A DNA stretch of 37,320 nt, taken from Octopus bimaculoides (taxonomy: Eukaryota). The notes beneath the pieces were generated by a model. It worked only from the letters and a program-made list of their open reading frames with translations, did no database searches and was not told the DNA's origin. The translations under genes and the position numbers were made by a program. Shown in pieces: positions 33,414 to 37,320 of this stretch. The stretch lies in NCBI RefSeq assembly GCF_001194135.2, contig NC_068989.1, forward strand, positions 91,401,463-91,438,782. The letters are read 5' to 3'. The stretch's first letter is position 1. The number at the start of each line of letters is the position of its first letter.

Positions 33414-33890
33414 AGTCAATATTAGTCATTATTAGTCAATATTAGACATGATAAATATAACATTTCTATGTCAGATATTTCGCTGTGTTATAATCATGTA
33501 TTTCTTTTATTTATTTATTTATTTCTGTGGTTTTTGTTATTAATTCCTTTAGAATCTACTTGCGTACATTATAGCTATTTTTATTACTGACACAACTAAA
33601 ATATTGTTGTACACATACTTACTAACATTTCAGGTCTAACCTATAATAACTATAATATTTTTTTGTTAAACTGGTCTTTAGAATAGTCTATAACATTAAT
33701 TTACTAGAATTTGTATTCGGTAAATTCTCTCATCTCTGATACTTTGTCTATCATGACGTCAGCATTCTTAATTTTTCTCTCCTCAGGTTACTTTTCTAAT
33801 CCTAATTTCATATCAATTACTCTAGTACATCCGTGAACCCCCTGTAGCATATTTTTTAAAAAATATTTCACATCTTTAATATTCTTGTAA

Positions 33891-34110
33891 TGTAAGGCAG
33901 CGAAATTGACAGAATCGTTAGAGCGCCGAGCAAAACTCCTAACGACCTGTCACCCACATTTGCGTCCTGATTTCAAATGCCATCGGGGTCAGCTTTACTT
34001 TTCATCCTACGGGATGATCGATAAAATAAAACCCAGTTGAGCACTGGGACCAATGGAATCCACTTAATTCCTCTCTCGAAATTTTTGGCCTTGTACCAAA
34101 ATTTGAAACA
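33891..34110 (+). mobile_element. Meta-domain-like SINE (family C), full length, decayed
   Basis: AAGGCAGCGAAATTGACAGAATCGTTAG head...TTTTCATCCTAC..GATCGATAAAATAAAACCCAGTTGAGCACTGGG...GGCCTTGTACCAAAATTTGAAAC. Confidence 0.75.
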
Positions 34111-34149
34111 AATATGCATACAACATGAATCCGTCTATAAGTAACAAAA

Positions 34150-36620
34150 TTGCTGATTGCCCTGCAATCATATTTACATGAGTGACTTTTTGGTTTACCA
34201 TGTATTTTAAAGATATTAAATCAAACACAAAGGACTGGGTACTGGGTGTTCCCTCTAGACAGTTAGTCCAAGCAGTTTTATTATTCCTTTTTGTTATCAG
34301 CTTATTGTTGTCTCTGTTTTACTCATAAGTAATACCTCCGGTGTATTTGTGTATTATAAGAAATGCCAAGTTAATCCATGCCAAGGTCGGACCATTCTTC
34401 TTCCTTCTGAAATGTTTAGCTATGTCTTTATTGATGAGTAATACATCATCACATTCGTCTCAGAATTCTAGAATCCCTTTCATTCTGTTGAAATCATGAT
34501 TTGTCCTTAGAAATCAGATTATCATCTGTGATGATAGTGAATCAAGCCCTTTTAAGCAGTTGGAAAGAAGGCTAGCTGCTTGTAATATTTAAGGTTATTT
34601 TTTTCTTAAGAATAATGGATTAAAAAAATATTTGTCATAAATCAGCCAATCAGTTTTCGTTTCCGACTCTCAGAATCGGATTAAATATTTCCTAGATTTT
34701 ATTGTAAAACATTTCAAGGAAAGCCGTGAGATTTTATCATTTCTTGCTTTCGCTTCTAGTGGATAGTTTTGTGTAGCAATAAGATTACATCTTCAGCCGT
34801 GAGGACCTTCAACTACTGACGAAGGGCTACATTGTGAGACACATCTTCTCTGGCAATGTTTCTAGCTCTTTATTAAAATCATATTCATTTAGAGCCAAAA
34901 TGCTTCTTTTGTTCAGAGAAGAGATGCATTTCATTTATCACGATTTCATTACGACTTACAGAACATTACATGCTGCAAGCATTCATTGTTTATTTATTAA
35001 TTCTTTCGGTGTGGGGAGTGGTATATTACTCGTTATATTTCAGAAGTATTTTTCTGCAATGGTCATGATTAAGTTTGCGATGATCAGATCTATATATCCT
35101 TTTTATCTTGATTGATACTTCACAGAGAAATTCTTTTCCCTTAGTAGGCATTTATTACGCTAGGCAATAACTAATATTACATCAATTCTAGTTTTTTTTT
35201 CTTTTTTAAATTATAACCATCTTTCGATTGCTGCCATGTTTATAATTTTTATATTCAGAATATTCTATTTTTACATCTTTCATGAATTCCATGATATTTT
35301 TATATGTCTTTCTTTGTGTTGTTTTATTTAGACCTTTGTTGGTTAGTATTCTGCAAATATTTCAATGTCTGGTTTTGTTGTATTTTGTAATGTGTTTTGT
35401 ATGGTTTCCATGCTGTTTATTTGTGGTTAACGTTTTTATTCCACTTCTTTGTGGATGATTCTATCGCCGTTGTTTGTTGTCATGCTATTCTCGCTTTGTT
35501 TATGCATTGGTTCATTTAAGTTTTCTATTTGTAAACCTCTTTGTGTTATCCTTTTCCCTTTGACAAACACAATGTTTGTTCAGTAGCTGGCTTTTCAGAT
35601 CTAAAGTTGCTTGCCGCTCAGGGGTTTTTTCTACTCCAAACATTATACAGAACTATTGTCCTCGTGGTCTTTCTGTCTCTATCTACCAGTATGTCGTCTG
35701 TGTCTATGCAACTACTTGTCTTATATGTTTGTCTATCATTGTTTACTTCGATCTCTCCCACTTCCCATATCACAAAAATAACTCACACGAAAATGTTATC
35801 TGTCCACCTCAGTCCTTTCATTTCTTCATTTCAGATAGTTCAGTCATAAATTTCTTATTGACATCTTCAAGTATTCTGCTCAGGATACTTTCATAAAATT
35901 CTGGTGTTGATGCAGGGTGTGCTTTTCTAATTCCTTGTATCAAGCCGGAAACATCCGACACGAATTTTCCCCTCGATTCAAAATCTGCATTTGCCCTGCC
36001 AATAACAAAACGCCAAAGCCATTGCATTTATCCTCCAAAGACAAACTTCATACATGCCAACTTGTATGTAATTCTTAGGAAATACTAGTAAAATTTGGAC
36101 AAACACTTTTGATTAAATTCAATTTACTACTTCAAGCGGATATTGCTGTTCTAGTTATGAAAGTATTAAATTCATCAAAGTTGTTACCTACACAGATGTA
36201 GTTAGACTGTAAATAAAAAAAAAACAACAACAAAAAATTCCGGTTTAAGAAATGTTGCATAGACATTTCAGTGGTTGTGTCAGTGACGCCAAACAGACAG
36301 CGTGAAACAGCTGTGCCAAAATATCTCATATCCATCCTAGGATACAAATTTCCTTACCTGCCTGACAGCAAATCACTCGGTTTTCAATTCGCTTTAACTT
36401 TAACTTCCTCGTTTTCGACCGCTGCTATATTTGCTTATAACTCTCCAGCGTTAAGTGATTACGCTCCACCTGAATCTAAGATACGGGACAAAATCTATCT
36501 ATTTTACCTCAGTCAGCCATATTGCATTTGCACAGCCTTCTTTCCTGTTAACCAACTTTCTTCCGTGTTTCGCTTCATAAGGAGTCACCTTCGAAAAGTT
36601 GCTGCCCATCCATGTGGTTA
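34150..36620 (-). mobile_element. Highly decayed non-LTR retrotransposon (ORF1-like region, APE endonuclease, RT)
   Basis: Minus-strand motifs occur in the correct order: KTRIDVIL (35172-95) and YRSDHRKL (SDH at 35080-88) for APE, then SLLSNCLKGL (34544-73), LINKDIAKHF (34409-38) and RGNTQYPVLCV*FNI (34212-56) for RT. There are many stops, and the upstream boundary is uncertain. Confidence 0.55.
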
Positions 36621-36650
36621 AGAAGGACTCTTTGCAACCTTATAGTTTCA

Positions 36651-37070
36651 TTTCCAATCCAAAATTGCAGCACTTCGGACAGATACTTTCTCGTATAGCC
36701 TCGGACCGATCAATGCTTTTTGAGTGAGTTTGATGCACAAAAACTGTGTGGGAGCCATTCGTGATCAGACACATATACATGAATGCATGCATGCATACAT
36801 GTATGTATGTATGTATGTATGTATGTATGTATGTATGTATGTATAAGTGTGTGTGTATCTTTGCTGTGTCTGTGCTGTGTCTGTGCTGCTCTTCTCCTGT
36901 CACAGCTTGATATACGGTGCTGGTTTGTTTACATCTCTTGTAAATTAGTGTTTCTAATAAAAAAAAACCAATCGAATACATACTAAATTTCCCCAAACAA
37001 GAGATAATGAGATCGATTTGTTCGATTTTAAGAAATCACCCCAGCATCACTCTAATCCTGTGACTAAAGC
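36651..37070 (+). mobile_element. Composite SINE (family B), old copy with a (TATG)n core
   Basis: Head remnant TATAGCCTCGGACCGATCAATGC..TGAGTGAGTTTG, microsatellite at 36770-36860, and tail CAGCTTGATATACGGTGCTGGTTTGTTTACATC...GATCGATTTGTTCGA. Confidence 0.6.
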
Positions 37071-37139
37071 GGGTAAGGGATCAACGTTGTACCACTTTCA
37101 ACAAAGTTAAACAATGAGATACATGAATTATTTTGAGCT

Positions 37140-37260
37140 ACATCGACCCGAGTTCAGTTCCATTGCGTGGCACCATTGGCCGACCAACGCCTTTGGGGGG
37201 TGGTAACAGAAAGAAGCCCGTTGTTGCGTGTATATATGTATATATATATATTTGTATATA
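37140..37260 (+). mobile_element. Composite SINE (family B) head remnant plus TA-rich microsatellite
   Basis: GAGTTCAGTTCCATTGCGTGGCACC..GGCCGACCAACGCC..AGAAAGAAGCCCGTTG followed by TA repeats. Confidence 0.6.
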
Positions 37261-37320
37261 TAGATATATGGCGGTTGTCTACTCCTTAAGTATATCTATC
37301 TATATATCTATCTATCTATC

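Noticed and set aside
33623-33640. 18-nt minus-strand micro-exon candidate (VRPEML) before GTAAGT
   Set aside because: The acceptor lacks a pyrimidine tract. It shows that such matches arise by chance in this window.

Overview
This is AT-rich eukaryotic non-coding DNA from a gapped short-read assembly; the large N-runs are mostly bounded by (TA)n. The SINE families and the heavy microsatellite load point to an octopus (coleoid cephalopod) genome, which is an inference from recalled repeat consensuses, not a database search. No host protein-coding gene, rRNA, true tRNA or CRISPR array can be supported, and the listed ORFs are microsatellite or gap read-throughs or transposon fragments. The window is a transposable-element graveyard. 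It holds at least four tRNA-derived SINE types and four Tc1/mariner lineages: two DD34D mariner families, a DD36E Tc1-like element and a DD37D maT-like element. It also has decayed L1/Tx1-type and APE-RT LINE pieces, an RTE-like short element, two or three MITE/foldback elements and an unclassified ~190-260 bp repeat array. The most interesting signals are two minimal type I hammerhead-ribozyme folds of the Penelope-associated kind (109-145 minus, 18198-18243 plus), a composite SINE that carries a variable internal microsatellite and hosts nested mariners, and a dense cluster of inverted repeats at 4.3-7.5 kb that would form dsRNA if transcribed. All family names come from motif recognition by eye and need Dfam/Repbase/Rfam confirmation.
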